64,000 nucleotides of DNA from Azolla caroliniana (taxonomy: Eukaryota; Plantae; Polypodiophyta). The position numbers and the translations under genes are program-made. Every line of letters starts with the position of its first letter. Position 1 is the first letter of the stretch. The notes under the pieces were generated by a model. That model was not told the DNA's origin, did not search any database, and was given only the letters and a program-made list of their open reading frames with translations. The DNA is taken from positions 17,484,001 through 17,548,000 of the forward strand of contig JBHGNT010000009.1 in the NCBI GenBank assembly GCA_043228905.1. The letters run 5' to 3'. Positions 47,501 through 61,099 of the stretch are shown in pieces.

Positions 47501-50026
47501 TGCCAACGAAACTTGGGACCTAGTTGATCCTCCCCGTCACTATAAACCGATCATATGCAAGTGGGTGCACAAGGTCAAGTACAACGCCGACGGTTTTGTT
47601 AACTGGTACAAAGCCCGGTTAGTGGTGAAGGGATACGCGCAGACCCACGGAATCGACGACGACGAGACCTTCGCTCCTGTGGCGAAGATGACGACGGTTC
47701 GTGTGGTACTGGCAGTTGTTGCGGCAAGGGGGTGGCATCTTCACCAGATGGATGTGAAGAACGCCTTCCTTCAAGGAGAGCTTGAAGAAGAAGTCTTTAT
47801 GACTCAGCCCCCCGGATTTCAATCAGAGATGAACACATCGGCGGTATGCCGACTGAAGAAGTCGCTTTACGGCTTGAAGAAAGCCCCCGGAGCTTGGAAC
47901 GCGAAGATCACGCACCGGTTGCGTAAGCTGGGGTTTGTTGTCTCTAAGTCGGACTCTTCTTTGTTCATCTGGCAAGGCTCTGACGGTCCGGTATGTATAC
48001 TCTTGTATGTGGATGATTTAGTCATCACCGGACCGGGTCTTCCGGAAATCAACCGCGTCAAGTCCCAGTTGTCGGACGCATTCGAAATGAAGGACCTGGG
48101 GGACCTCCATTATTTTCTTGGGATCGAAGTGTTCCGGACCCCCGACGGCATATTGCTCTCACAATGACATTACGTGTTGAATATGTTGTATAAGTTCGGC
48201 ATGTCGGATTGCCGACCTGTCTCCACACCCCTGGATCGGAACCAGAAGCTCCGTCCCAACTACGGACCGGCCTGCAATGAGAAACGGTTCCGACAGGTTG
48301 TCGGAAGCCTGATCTACTTAACCATCACCCGACCCGACATCAGCTATCCAGTCGGCATGGTAAGTCGGTTCATGCAGAAGCCGACCGTGGAGCACCTTCA
48401 GTGCGCACAAAGAATATTACGGTATGTCAGCGGCACTAAGGACCGGGGACTGCTATACCGGCGAGGTATACCCAAAGAGCTTGTCGGTTACACAGATGCT
48501 GACTGGGCCGGCGATGCGTCTGATCGCCGCTCCACTTCCGGATACATGTTCTCCATAGGTAGCGCAGCCGTTGCGTGGACCAGCAAGAAGCAACCCACAG
48601 TGGCTTTGTCAAGCATTGAGGCTGAGTACCGGGCCACTATCGTTGCCACTTGTGAAGCCATCTGGCTTCGGCGACTGCTGCGAGACTTGCGGATCGAGGT
48701 ACTGACCCTGATCTCGATTTACTGCAATAACATGAGCAGCTTGTAGCTCGCCAGGAACCCCGTGTTCCATGCTCGCACAAAGCACATCGAGGTCCACTAC
48801 CACTTCGTGTGTGAGTGGGTCCTGAGCGGTGAAGTTGACCTACGGTATGTTCATACGGATCGGCAAGTTGCCGACATCTTCACCGAGCCGCTCGGATCGG
48901 ACAAGTTGCAGCACTTTACCGACATGCTTGGTGTTCAGCATCTCGACGTGCCGCACTTGAGGGGGAGAAGGCAAGACAAAGTCTCTACCGAAACGGGCAA
49001 AGGCCAACATACTGTTGAACCCGTCGGTAAGAGGAGAGCCGGAAGAAGAGGAGACAAGAAGATAAAGGAAGCCGAGTCGGCGAAGGAAGTCGACACATCC
49101 GAACAGGTCGGAGCAAGCGACTGTGAAGAAGAGTTGTGCACTCAGGAAGAGAAGTGCATGTTGTGCGGAGGTCATCACGACGATACTGACCATGATGTGG
49201 AGTCGAATGAAGAATTCGATTTCGGTTCACCGGCTGCAGAAGTCGAGGGAAGCATGGAGAAGGCCAAGACACGGAAGTGGTCCAATGTGGTGAGAGGCCT
49301 GAAGCCGGAAGTCAAATCGGAGTGTACCGATTCGGACAAGATCTGGAACGAGTCGGAGACAGCTGACTCAGATCAACAGATGGATCCGGATGAGTCGGAT
49401 CAACTGAAGACCAAGGGGACACGGACACAGCGGAAGTTGATGCCATCGTGGGAGAACCGACGAATCGGCAAGCGCCGGAGTCACAGCAACGTGACTACTG
49501 AGATGGGCCTATTGAGCAGACATGCCGACCGAGAGGGTCGAGGCGCGCAGAACCAAAGGGGTCGCGGCAAACGGGACCGGACCGGACGAGGAGCGTGAGC
49601 AAGGCGGAGTGACGCCAAGAGAAGTCGGTTGAAAGAACCGACTGCCACAGAGGTCGACACTACGACCCCACCTCAGGTTGAGCTTGAGGGGGAGTGTTGA
49701 GCGGCAAGCTCAATCGGAGCCGGATCGGCTGAATAAGCCGAAGCCGGTAAGTGAGACGGATCGGGCGAAACGGATCGGTATGACGGTGAGCAACCAAACT
49801 GGCAAGCAGTGGAGGCCGGGTGCAATCCATAACCGGCAGTCCAATCGGAAGCCTAGAATAGGATAGACTACTAGGTATCTATAGTCTCGTAGTAAGTGTT
49901 AGATGCTCGTGTGAGCATTGAAGTACATGGTACTTCTGTCAGTCCTAAGAGGACTTGTATAAATAGTACTACTTAGCACAGTGTGAAATGCGTAGAGTCT
50001 TGATATAATTTTGGAAATTACGTTCT

Positions 50027-50065
<39 letters not shown>

Positions 50066-50105
50066 TGTTCTCTGTTTTACGCTTCCGCAAACACTCACGT
50101 TTACA
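44123..50105 (+). mobile_element. Full-length Ty1/copia element F (same broad lineage as C), a few stops and frameshifts
   Basis: LTRs 44123-44567 and 49695-50105; TSD AGAAC; PBS TGGTATTAGAGC; PPT TTGAGGGGGAG; ORF pieces 44839-47058, 47475-48167 (YVDD), 48174-48746 and 48762-49598. Confidence 0.96.
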
Positions 50106-50295
50106 AGAACCCCTTCTATCTAGGGATCTAAAGAAAACTATGACACCAAACTCAATGCCGCCCTACACACCAATTCAAATGGCGAATATGATGATATGTG
50201 ACCTTGCAGAGTTCTCTCTCTTCTTGGGTTAGATTTTGTGACTTCTCTAGCACTGTCAATTGCCACAAAAGAAGTCCTTTTAACTTAAGAACATA

Positions 50296-50358
<63 letters not shown>

Positions 50359-50384
50359 GCACACACACACACACATATCTTTTT

Positions 50385-51130
50385 CACTGCACAGAATCAC
50401 ACCCAATTCTTTAGAGTTCTCAACCATAGGAGCCACACCTTCATACATATATAGCTTTTGTACATTTTCTAGCATCACTTCATTCGTAAAGTGACCTTTA
50501 ACGTCTTCTTTCTTACCCTTAAGTTGTCCCCATGCTGATTTTGGTTTGAGCTTAAACAAGTTTTTGTTTTTCGTCTCTTGCATTTGGAAATATCTTCTTT
50601 TCTTTCTCCTCACTACCTCCTTATATAGGTGACATGCGACAATCCTAAGTTCATTTTCCCCTTCTATAGACTTAAACCATTTGAGATACATCTTACATGC
50701 ATCATCAAACCAAGAATTACATGGAAAACTAGACATTTTATGCCCACCAACATGCCTCTTAAAGTATTGATCAATATCCAACCTTACGAATGATATCCTT
50801 CAAATGGTCCCAATTTTCTTTAACATCGTTTCTTAGAGAAAAATTTAACAAATGGTTCTCCACTTCATTCACATACATCTTAGCTTCTTTGTAGGAAGGT
50901 GGGATGATACATCTCTCCCAAATTAACCTCAATCCATATGTATCTCTTATAGTCATCATATTTGCATACCTTGATAAAATTATCTAAGCTCTCATGGTAG
51001 ATACATGCTATCTCGGCATGCCCAATATTCCCTTTGGACCAAGGCCATATTGATTTTATGAGGTAACTATCTATCTGAGGTGTACGCGTTGCCTCATGTT
51101 TCAACCAAAAATATAATATCCACACCGCTC
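50385..51130 (-). mobile_element. Old LINE ORF2 fragment (endonuclease to RT linker)
   Basis: CKYDDYKRYIWIEV and SWFDDACK...VRRKKRRY...WGQLKGK resemble 34954-36300. Confidence 0.65.
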
Positions 51131-51319
51131 AGCTACATCATTCAGTCCTAAACCCTTATTCCATGGAAATCCTCTATAATTCCAAAACATTAGTTTCAAT
51201 CTTGAGATATTTATTGTGGACCATAGCTCGTTGCTTCCTATGCATTTTGATTTTCTTTCCTAGATGCATATGCTTGTCTTCTACTTTCTTACTCTTGTGG
51301 AGTTCTATTCTCCACCACA

Positions 51320-52310
51320 AAGGGGTCTATGTAGATGATCTTCTACTCATCTCTTCTTGCTTGTATGTTATGAACAAGGCCACGGATGAACTTTGTAATA
51401 AGTTCGAAATGACTAATGGTAGTCCAATAAAATACATGTTGGGCATTCATGTAGAAAGAGATCAACACATCAAAGACGTATTCATGCATCAATAAAAATT
51501 CATTCAAGAAATTCTAAGAAAATATAATGTAGAACATTAATCCAAGCCCTATTCCCGCACTACTAAACCAACAATTGTTTGTTGATATGAGTCCAACAGA
51601 GGAAAACAACAATGATCGTGTTCTAGAACTACCTTATCGGCAAATACTTGGTAGCCTTCGCTACTTGGTCACTTGCCTTTTTCACAGGCCTTCTCTCCGG
51701 GTTCATGCACAAACCCAAACAACAACACTCAAAGGCACTTCTTAAAGTTGTGCAATACCTCAAATACACCTCCAAATTTGGTAGTATGTATTGATATAGA
51801 GGAAACTTTCCATTACCAATCGAAGGATGGTCTGACTCAAATTGGAACTATGACTTGGATTCACAGAACTCTACCTCTGGTTATGTGTTTCTACTTGCAA
51901 AAGAAGAAATATCATGGAAATCCAAACAACAAACCACCATACCCCTATCATCAACAAAATGTGAATTTGCAGTTGTGGCATAAGTCGTTGGAGAAGGAGC
52001 CTAGATACAACAACTACTCATGGAATTTAAGCTTGATGAATATCTACTCTATCATAAACTACAATCGACAATCACAAAATTTCAACTACGAGTCGAAAAT
52101 CAATCATGCATAGCACTAATCAATATCATGAAAAGACTAAACACATCGATTACAATTACTTCTATATCAAAGAACTCATTGAAGAAAGAGGGGGAAAACA
52201 CATAGATTTATGCTTCACGCCAAGCTTAGATCAATGAACCGACTTTCTAACCAAAGTTGTACCTAAATTGAAGCATGAACTTTGTTATAAAGAAATTGGT
52301 CTTGCTTACA
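51320..52310 (+). mobile_element. Old copia RT/RNase H fragment
   Basis: VYVDDLLL...KFEMTNG...YMLGIHV, YRQILGSLRYL, EGWSDSNW...RTLPL/STSGY, ISWKSKQQ motifs, with many lesions. Confidence 0.75.
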
Positions 52311-54560
52311 AAATGTAATCTAAACCCTAAACTCTTGATGTTGCAGAATGTGAAAAGTCACAAACATGAAGAAACACCTCTTCATGAAATGACACATTTG
52401 TAGTTAGTATAAATATGGCTTACCAAGTGTTGGATAGCATTCATCATAAGTGTTACAACCATAGTACGTAAAATTCATGTTCGTCTAGGATAACATTCAT
52501 TTTCCTACGTTGGAAAACAAATGCGAATATTATTCAAACATTCTTGTGTGTGTTTTTTGTTTTTTTCCCCAATTTTTAATGTTTTTTTTTGTTTTTTTTC
52601 ATTTATTAGGCTTATTTACCTCATAATAAATAGTTAATCCAAAAGTATGGTATTGATCATTCTTTGAGTGTGTTTTTCTTACAAGAATGATTGAAACATT
52701 CACGAATGCGAATTTACGTATGGTGCGTATGGTTCATACTATGATTACAACCATTATTCAACCTAATACAATTCTATCATTCCTTGTATGCACTTATCTC
52801 ATTTTCTTCTATTATCACAAGTTGTCAATGGAGATTATACATGATCAAATGGAAGACTTATTAAAACTTATATTTATTATTCTTGTAGTCTTTGATTTTG
52901 TCTCCAAGTTCGTTCATTGTATAAGTTTGCCTATGGTTGGTATCCATAATCATAACATAACCACTAATGAAATTCATTCACAAAATTTCATTGATTGGAT
53001 AGCATTTTTATGTTGATTATGACATACTAAGAGGAAGAATTTGTAGAATTCATGAAGTGGGCCTACCACACTTTACAACTACATCTTTCTTAGACAATAC
53101 ATGTCAATATTGCCATCCAAATTGGCCTAAGGATTTTGTTTATTTGTTGGAGGCAATTGGCCTACCTGTTTGTGAAACTAATGTAACTTGAATGAAATAT
53201 TGTGTTGATTACAAGCTCCAAAAGTAAGATGTGATCACAAAAATAAAACGGTTACTTGAACGAACAATTATATACCTCTTTCATACACAAGCCATTGGTT
53301 TGAATCCAATGGTAAGCAAAGCTAATTAGACATCACGATCACTAGATTTATTACGACTAATTGAGGGCGCAACTTAAATGATATGAATTCATGAAGCATA
53401 TTATTCACCTCATCTCTATATGTAACATTAACAACGACGAAGTTCCACTTATGCCATTAAATAAAAGCGTGAATGTGGGGGAAAAACTTACAAATTTTCG
53501 TGTTTGTTCAATTAAGATAATGCTAAAACACGAATTGGTTACTTCTTTTTTTGCTTCATATCAAACTAAAGGTCGCAATGTCTATGCAAATCTAGTTCAT
53601 GAGGAATATTTCGACTATAAAAAGAACATAACTAAAAAATTTAAATGCTTCTAGTAGTGGAGTGGGAAGAAAGATAGCGATTCAAAAGAGTCGACAACGT
53701 CGTACATGTATTTAGAGAAATGGTTTTGTTTCTTCAACTGCTTGTGTGAAGAGAACCAAGATATTAGAGGTAAAAGCCTAATTCAAAACCTTTATAAATC
53801 ATACCAGGCACTTCAAAAATCCCCACAATTTAGAATAAAGAATTGTTAATTATAGAGTTAGAAGCTTAGGTACTGTTATTTAAAATTCTTAAACTTAAAC
53901 GTGTAAGCATAATGGTGTGGTTGTAAAGGTGGTGTGTTGAAGTCTCAAGCAAATATGCTAGATGCTAAGTTTGTTAAAAATAATTTTTTGCATATCAATT
54001 AGGTTGGATGCGAAGTTTGTTAAAAACAATTGTTTGTGTTGTTCGATGCACTGTAATAGTTTGCTCCTAAAAATATTAGCTTTACGAATCATTTTCCACA
54101 ACTCAAGGGTGGAAAACAATACCACTGCAGGCATATGGACAATAAGAATGCACAAAACAACTTCACATGTATTCATTCGTGAGCATCGTATAAAGTTTTA
54201 GGAACATGTGACAAGATATTGTTTTTTTAGTAACATGTGACAAGATATTGACCTTCAACATAATATACTTTATTTCTAGCGTTGAGCCTCTTTTGGGGTT
54301 TTTATCCAAATATAAGAGAAGCTTATATTACAACTTTAGAGATTGAAGACAGTGTGGAGTTAACACAATCTTCTATAGAAAATCTAAATCAAAATATGTT
54401 CATCGAGTGTAAATCTTTACAGTTTCTTAGCAAGGACATGGTATACAACGTGATTTTGATATCAAGGATATAAGAATGTAGATAGCATATTGTCTCAATA
54501 TAATCCCCCTTTTCTTTATGTACTATTAATATAGACCATTAAAGTCATTGGCGCATAACC

Positions 54561-56642
54561 TTATGATCTAAAAGAAAGGTAACCAAAAGACTCTAAGTCC
54601 ATTTTCACATCCATGTAAGGTAGAAGATATGGAAACATGACCACCGAGGCCATGAACAAGGTAAACTATAAATAAAAAATATAAAAAGAAGCCAAGTTAG
54701 AAACCATACAAACTCTCACAATGTATAGTGCATGCATATACTTGGTTTAATTATTCAAAAACCCAACACTCTATGTACTAGTAGTTCATTATTTGTGTCA
54801 TGAACTACGTGGAGAAGGTAGGCTTACCAACATCGGTATAGTAAGAATATTCCAAATTGGCCAAAGCGCAGCACAAAACCTATAGCAAGTGACAAAAAAC
54901 TTGTTGATCCATTGTAAGGAAAACAATTCTACATGTTTTGCATCCAACAATTTTAAAGATGTGTCCCACCATTACAACTAATTATTAAGAACCCAGAAGG
55001 TACAATGATACATAGTATATGGTTATGTACGAAAATAATGGAGAGAGAAAAATGTTCTCTTACAATATGAATGCTACAAATCCAATGATTGTGGGTGCTT
55101 GAATGGAATTGAGAATGAGTAGTTCTGCTTTCTCTTGCTTTGTTTGCAACGAGATGGCTAGACTAAGCAACAAAAAGAAATCCACCAATAGGCAGATCGA
55201 ACCAATGTGGAGTGGACCCCTAGCAAAGTGAATAAGTGTAAATTACATTAGTTAACCACAACATGATCAACAAAACTCAAATAGGCTACCAAGCCAATAA
55301 ACATTCACACATACACATACTTAGCCTCAACTTCATTGAAAGAGAAGACATGCTCATTAGCAATAATTATTTGTGAGATTATAGCGTTGCTAATCACAAA
55401 GTATTTAATATCAAGATGTTTTAATCCTCCCATACATAAGCTTTAGTTTTCCTTTATAGAAAGACGGTTATTTCCATGTACATTTCCCTATGATATTCAA
55501 TCAATTTCCCTAGCTCCTAACCATGGGCACCACATGTGATGCCTACCTAGGTAAGTACAATGGAAGCAGGTGGTTACGAGGTACACAATGGATGTATGGT
55601 CCGGATAATTTGTGACACCCATATTCCCTTAGACCTTACTATAAGTGACAAAACATGTTTTGTTTTTTGTTTTTTTTTTGGGGGGGGGGGAGTTTGTGAC
55701 ACCCATATGCCCCTAGCTAGGCCTTACTATAACTGAGACAAAACATGGGGGAGTGTATCTGATGGTTAGAGGCTTAAGAGGAGGCTTGTCTTAATACATT
55801 GTTATCCTATCTATCTAAATACTTAAGACAAATGAGCACGACGAAATTAAGCAAAATGATATATTGCTAGGCATACAAGGGGGGAGGGTAGGCATGATTA
55901 TGGGGCTTGTGGACCGACACAAATGTATCTTAGACCTAGCGAAAAGATCAAATTCAAGTGCCAAGAGTACGAATCCGAAGACACAAGGGAAGCAATGTAC
56001 ACTTAGGTATATAGTAAAACTATCTTCGGCCTTGCCCTAGGGCATGGGGGTTCGTGAAGGCGAACAAGAAGGGCTTCACACATAGGGGGAGGGGGGATCG
56101 ACTCGACAAGCACAAACCGATCAATCGTGCCGATACATATAGGGAGCCGATCAATCATGCCGATACATATAGCGAACCGATTAATCGAGCCGATATATAT
56201 GTATAACGAACCCATTTAAAATCGAGCCGATATATATATATAGCGAACCCATTTAATCGCGCCGATAGATATAGCAAACCCATTTAATCGCACCGATATA
56301 TATAGCAAACCCATTAATCGCGCCGATAGATATATATAGCCAAGGGAATGGAAGTGTTTAAAAATGGATAGGAATCAGGATAGTAATTAACTACCTCCAT
56401 ATCCGGGGGTCGTGGGCCAGGAGGGAGAAGAAATTGGAGTGGAGATCCCCATAGTAGAGGATGAATATAGCGGAAGCCAGCCATAGGAGATCCTCTGCTT
56501 TTTGGCGCCAATGTGTAGAAGAAGTAGAGACAGAACTGGAGATGATAGATGAGGACGTAGAATTAGACACAGACGAGAGGGGCGATCGCCCAATCCATCG
56601 ACCTGAGTTCGAAACCTCAATTCCTACTATCTCCTTCATCAT
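54561..56642 (-). CDS. TMEM128-like multi-pass membrane protein, 4 exons (56642-56395, 55219-55064, 54879-54828, 54665-54561), 186 aa
   Basis: All three introns are GT-AG and phase-consistent; 561 nt ending in TAA. Spliced protein ...EDLLWLASAIFILYYGDLHSNFFSLLAHDPRIWRGPLHIG...IIGFVAFILFCAALWPIWNILTIPMLFTLFMASVVMFP... matches the plant TMEM128-like family as I recall it. The start codon is less certain. Confidence 0.85.
56113..56340. repeat. Intronic minisatellite, about 7 copies of a 28-36-bp unit
   Basis: Repeated (T)AATCG(N)GCCGATA(TA)nGCGAACC(C/G)AT. Confidence 0.85.
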
Positions 56643-57013
56643 ATAAGCAATCCTCTCTGAGATCCAACACAATATCGCCCAAATATAGATTATATAGCTA
56701 CATATAACTAATCTGCCCTCAATTGAATGCTTCTGTAATCAATTAGATCTCCCACTTTTATGGATATAAATAGATGCATAGATATTATTTATTTGCTCTC
56801 GATTGAGCGTCTCTGTAATCAATCAATCAATCAAATCGCCCACTAATATGTATATACAGAAACCAACTAATTCGCGCCCAATAAGAGGACTCGATTATGC
56901 GAGAGATGTGTGTTATGCTAAATCATAATTTGGATGATTGTATAGAACAAGAAGAAGAAGCCATCAATTGGTTCAATAATGGAAAGGGGGGGTGTGGATA
57001 TACATATATATTT

Positions 57014-57085
57014 GTGTGTGTGTGTATGTATGTATGTATGTATGTATGTATGTATGTATGTATGTATGTATGTATGTGTGTGTGT
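57014..57085. repeat. (TG)n(TATG)n microsatellite
   Basis: Seen directly in the sequence. Confidence 0.9.
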
Positions 57086-59099
57086 ATTATTTGTATGATG
57101 ATCTTAATAACTATACTTTTATATAATTGTATAATTCCAAACATTGATAATGTCATGGGTTAGGGTTTTCATTGACAATTGTTTCCCACATATTATACAA
57201 AGTGTGCTTCATGTTCCACTATATTATTTTTGTTCATGCTTAATGACAAGAAAAAAGTCATCCATACGATCTTATTTTGGCAATTCTCTTCTCTTTCGGG
57301 TCCCCTATAGTTAGTTATATATGTTTTGCATTGCACCTTCTCCACCACCTTCGTAGAAATTTTCGTTCATAGAGAACATCATCTCAAACACACTTCAATT
57401 ACCGTAATAATTTGTGATGAATTACGTGGGTATATATATAGAGAAGGAGATACATCGATGTTACTTATAATCCGGTGTGATCAAATATAAATCCATGCAA
57501 CCAAAACCAAACATACAAATATTCCTTTATATGGGGGTAGAAAAATGACCCATGGAAAGGAATTTATAAATATTGGGACTATAAAAAACAGGGAGAAATG
57601 AACCAACGATAGATCCTATGGGATCATGATATATATTGGAATGGGTGAGGGTTTGGGCAATCAAAACTAAGTCTTGTTAATGATCACTAGAGCATCAAGT
57701 AGAGTCACTAATCCAAAGAGAAGATTATGTTTTTGATGTCCTAAACAAGTCATAAATCATGGGCAATCACAAAAAGAGGGTCATGAGAATCCTTTTCGTC
57801 TACTCTCCTAATATGTTGGGTGAAGTCTATTAAGAATCTCTCACTAATCAACGTACCAAATTCAAGAAAAAAAGGTAAATAGATTGGATGGAAGAACCCA
57901 ATCCTCCCAACCATCCCGAGCTATGATCAAGACATGTAGCCAACCAACCATCGATGTCCTAGACTAACAAATATGAAGATGACTACTAACTAGTACCTTG
58001 GAAGAGGTAACATGATCATTGTGACAAAAGCCTAGCCTGCATCATCAGTGTTTCAAAACATCAACCGTTCGGTGTAATGTTGTCTTATGAGTGTAGCTAG
58101 GGCTCATATTTTACTTCTTCCTAGGCCCCTTGAATAGATGGGCTTTATCGAAAAGACTCTCCATTCATTGATTCTCAAGATCATGTTTTGTAAATATTAG
58201 TGACCGACTCTCGCCTATGTTATGCATACATAATAAAGCCACATGTGGCTCGTGACTTTCCTTATCATCACTCCCACACGTACGTCTAAAACATACATTA
58301 TGTGCCTAGAGAGACTTGTAAGGCATTGTGTTCAACTTGGAGAAGGTTTGTAAGGTTTTTTTTCACGTGATAACTTGTTGTGGGAAACCTTAGGGGATGG
58401 CCAAGAATGTTTCATATCCTAGTGTGAGATTCTCCGATTCCGCAATTTCCTAATTAGGTCAGCATGTGCATATCGCATATACAATTTGCTTGAGCTGGTC
58501 CTTTAAGCACCAATCTTGATTTCAAGACCATGACAAGCATTAGGAGGGTGATTTCCCTACTCTCGCTATTAAGTACAATGGGAGTGACAATGTTATTGAT
58601 TTAATCTTTCCATTAACCTTTGTTAATGACCCAACGTGTTAGGTTTACACGACTGTAAGATTATTGCAAATTTCTTAGAATACTTCATCCTTATCCAATT
58701 TGGATGCTACTACATCTATAATGCATGATCGAATGTACACTGTGAGCATATAATCGCTAACATGTGCCATGGAACCCAAAAAGTTGGTGAGATAGAGAGA
58801 ATATGTTAGCATGGAACACAAAAAGTTGTTGAGAGATAGAGAGAGAATTCCTGTAGACTCCCTAATTTTCATTTTCATGCAACTTAGGGAATCCCTTTTT
58901 GACTTAGCATGCATAAACAATATAGAGAAACTTGTAATATTCTCACTAGCTAATATTTGAGAAACCAAACCATAGTTCCATCATTTTCACTTCCGCTTAA
59001 GGCTTAATCTATTGGTCATGTTTCTAAAACATCAGACCCTTAAAGGTTTACCACATGAAAATCCCTGCATTGTTAACCTACTCATTCCTTTAAACCGTT

Positions 59100-60340
59100 C
59101 TACAGTATTTCTTGATATCTTTATAGTTACAAACTTACCTCTTAAGACTTTCGGGAATTGCCTCATTGTGGTGATCCAATATTATCTGTACAGAGGATTT
59201 CATTATTTATCATGATTAGTACGCATGGATATCAAGTCATTCCCTACCAAAGTATATAAAAAACCTTGCTTCATCATATAAAAATATGAGTTTGTATGAA
59301 CTACAAATGTAAATCACCTCGTGCATGTGCACTCGATGGCTAAAAGTTTAGCCTTGTTAAAGTTAAATGCCAATTTCAATATTGATGTCTCGTTTCAAGA
59401 TAAACTTCACTTATATGAACTCCCAAGGAAATTTTAAGATGATATGAGTTTAGCAAGAAACTATAGATATCCTACTATAATTTGCAAGGCAGCCTGTACA
59501 AAAGGAAATGTAACGACCGATTGCGTGAATTCCAAATTATCTTTTTAAAATATGAAAAGGGGTGCCTTTGTAATGAACAAACTTTGAAATTATGGAATAG
59601 TACGGAAAGAACTTACATAGGCCCTAAAGGTCTGCATGACACGCTTCTATCTACACACATGCAACTTAGATTTTTGTTAGTGTTTTGGTTTATATATCAT
59701 CATGAATATATGATTAAAATTGCTACCAGAAAATTACAAGCTCATTTCATGTGTTTTTCAATTATGATAAGACCCAACTTAAGTAGAGCCTAAGAGAAAA
59801 ACTAAAAATTGTCCCGCCTAAGAATGGTCATTTTTCATTCCAACAGCAAATTATGGCGACTAATCTAACACTCGAAAAAGGATTGAGGAAGACAAACAAT
59901 TTCATCTTGAGCAAATATGTACTTGATTGACGTATTTCCCCTTCTTGACATGAGTCCACAACACGAAATGAATAGTGTGATATGATGTTATTAACTTCTC
60001 TTTGATTGTGGCAATCTTTTCACGACTATTGCTTGTGAAAACATGTCTCATGTAGATTTACATGGATAATCAACACATGCTCACGCAACATGCTAATATT
60101 TATTTATATACCATGTAGGTTCAATCTTGGAAGGTCTTCTCCATAATACACAAACATATGCACATCTAGGTCTATATGTCTCATTTGTCCGAAACTTCCC
60201 ATCCAATGATTTATATGTGGAAACTTTGTATTTTAAAGGGGAGACCCATGACCAAATAAATGGTGTTCCTTTAAATGATTTATTAGCTATAAAAACAAAA
60301 CTGAGGAAAATATATGTCAAAGAACGCCAACTTGTTTGAG
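59100..60340 (+). pseudogene. Possible highly decayed PIF1-type (Helitron-like) helicase relic
   Basis: FGNCLI-GDP (about 59150, across a frameshift) and AHLGLYVSFVR (about 60160) resemble motifs III and VI at plausible spacing. No Walker A/B recognised. Confidence 0.3.
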
Positions 60341-61099
60341 TAATCGATGAGCCCATTTTGACTATACATCATGGGAACATTCTATTGTTTGGTTCTAATG
60401 TATCGATGATTTTTACTTTTCATTTAACATATCTCTTTAACCCATACAATGCAACCAACACTAGGCGAGAAAAATCAAAACCTACATTATATGATGGTAA
60501 TCTTTTGTTTTTCAGTTGATATTTTGACATTGTTTACGACTTTTGTACATTCGATAATTTTATAATTGTAGGTAGTCATTTGAAATTTCGTGTACATCTA
60601 TTCCAAGCGTTCAATAACTTTCTTATGGAAAGTAATATATAGCGAATCAAATGACCTAAGTAAAACATTATAAAATAATGTAGGTAGTTTGACTTACATG
60701 CATGTAGATAAGTGGAAAGACTATTCAAACATCTTAGTATATTTAATTGATTGTTACAAAATGGTGAAATTTGTAATTCGAAATTGTAACGATTCACGCA
60801 AGCATTATCATGGAAATATTCTTTAGATTGTTGTGCAACATATCCTCAAGTTTGATATCACAATATGGATTCATATTCATAGGAAAACGATCCTAGGGAA
60901 AACATCAAATACAACTTTTCTTATCGGAATTTCATCTACATTAATATAACAAAAACATGGAAGACTTTTCATTTTATCATATTCTTTTAAAAGTGCATTG
61001 TTGTTTACCTTTGTAACCAATTTCTATAAAGTGAAATAAGAGATCGGGATTCTAAGAAGAACATGACACTGACCACTCCAAGTGCAAGTAAACAAGGAC

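Noticed and set aside
48762-49598. env-like ORF in copia F
   Set aside because: It is in frame with RNase H and hydrophilic, with no signal peptide or transmembrane segment. Reported as a C-terminal extension instead.
57700-58660. Possible decayed gypsy RNase H/integrase
   Set aside because: Only vague motif impressions; it cannot be supported without a translated search.
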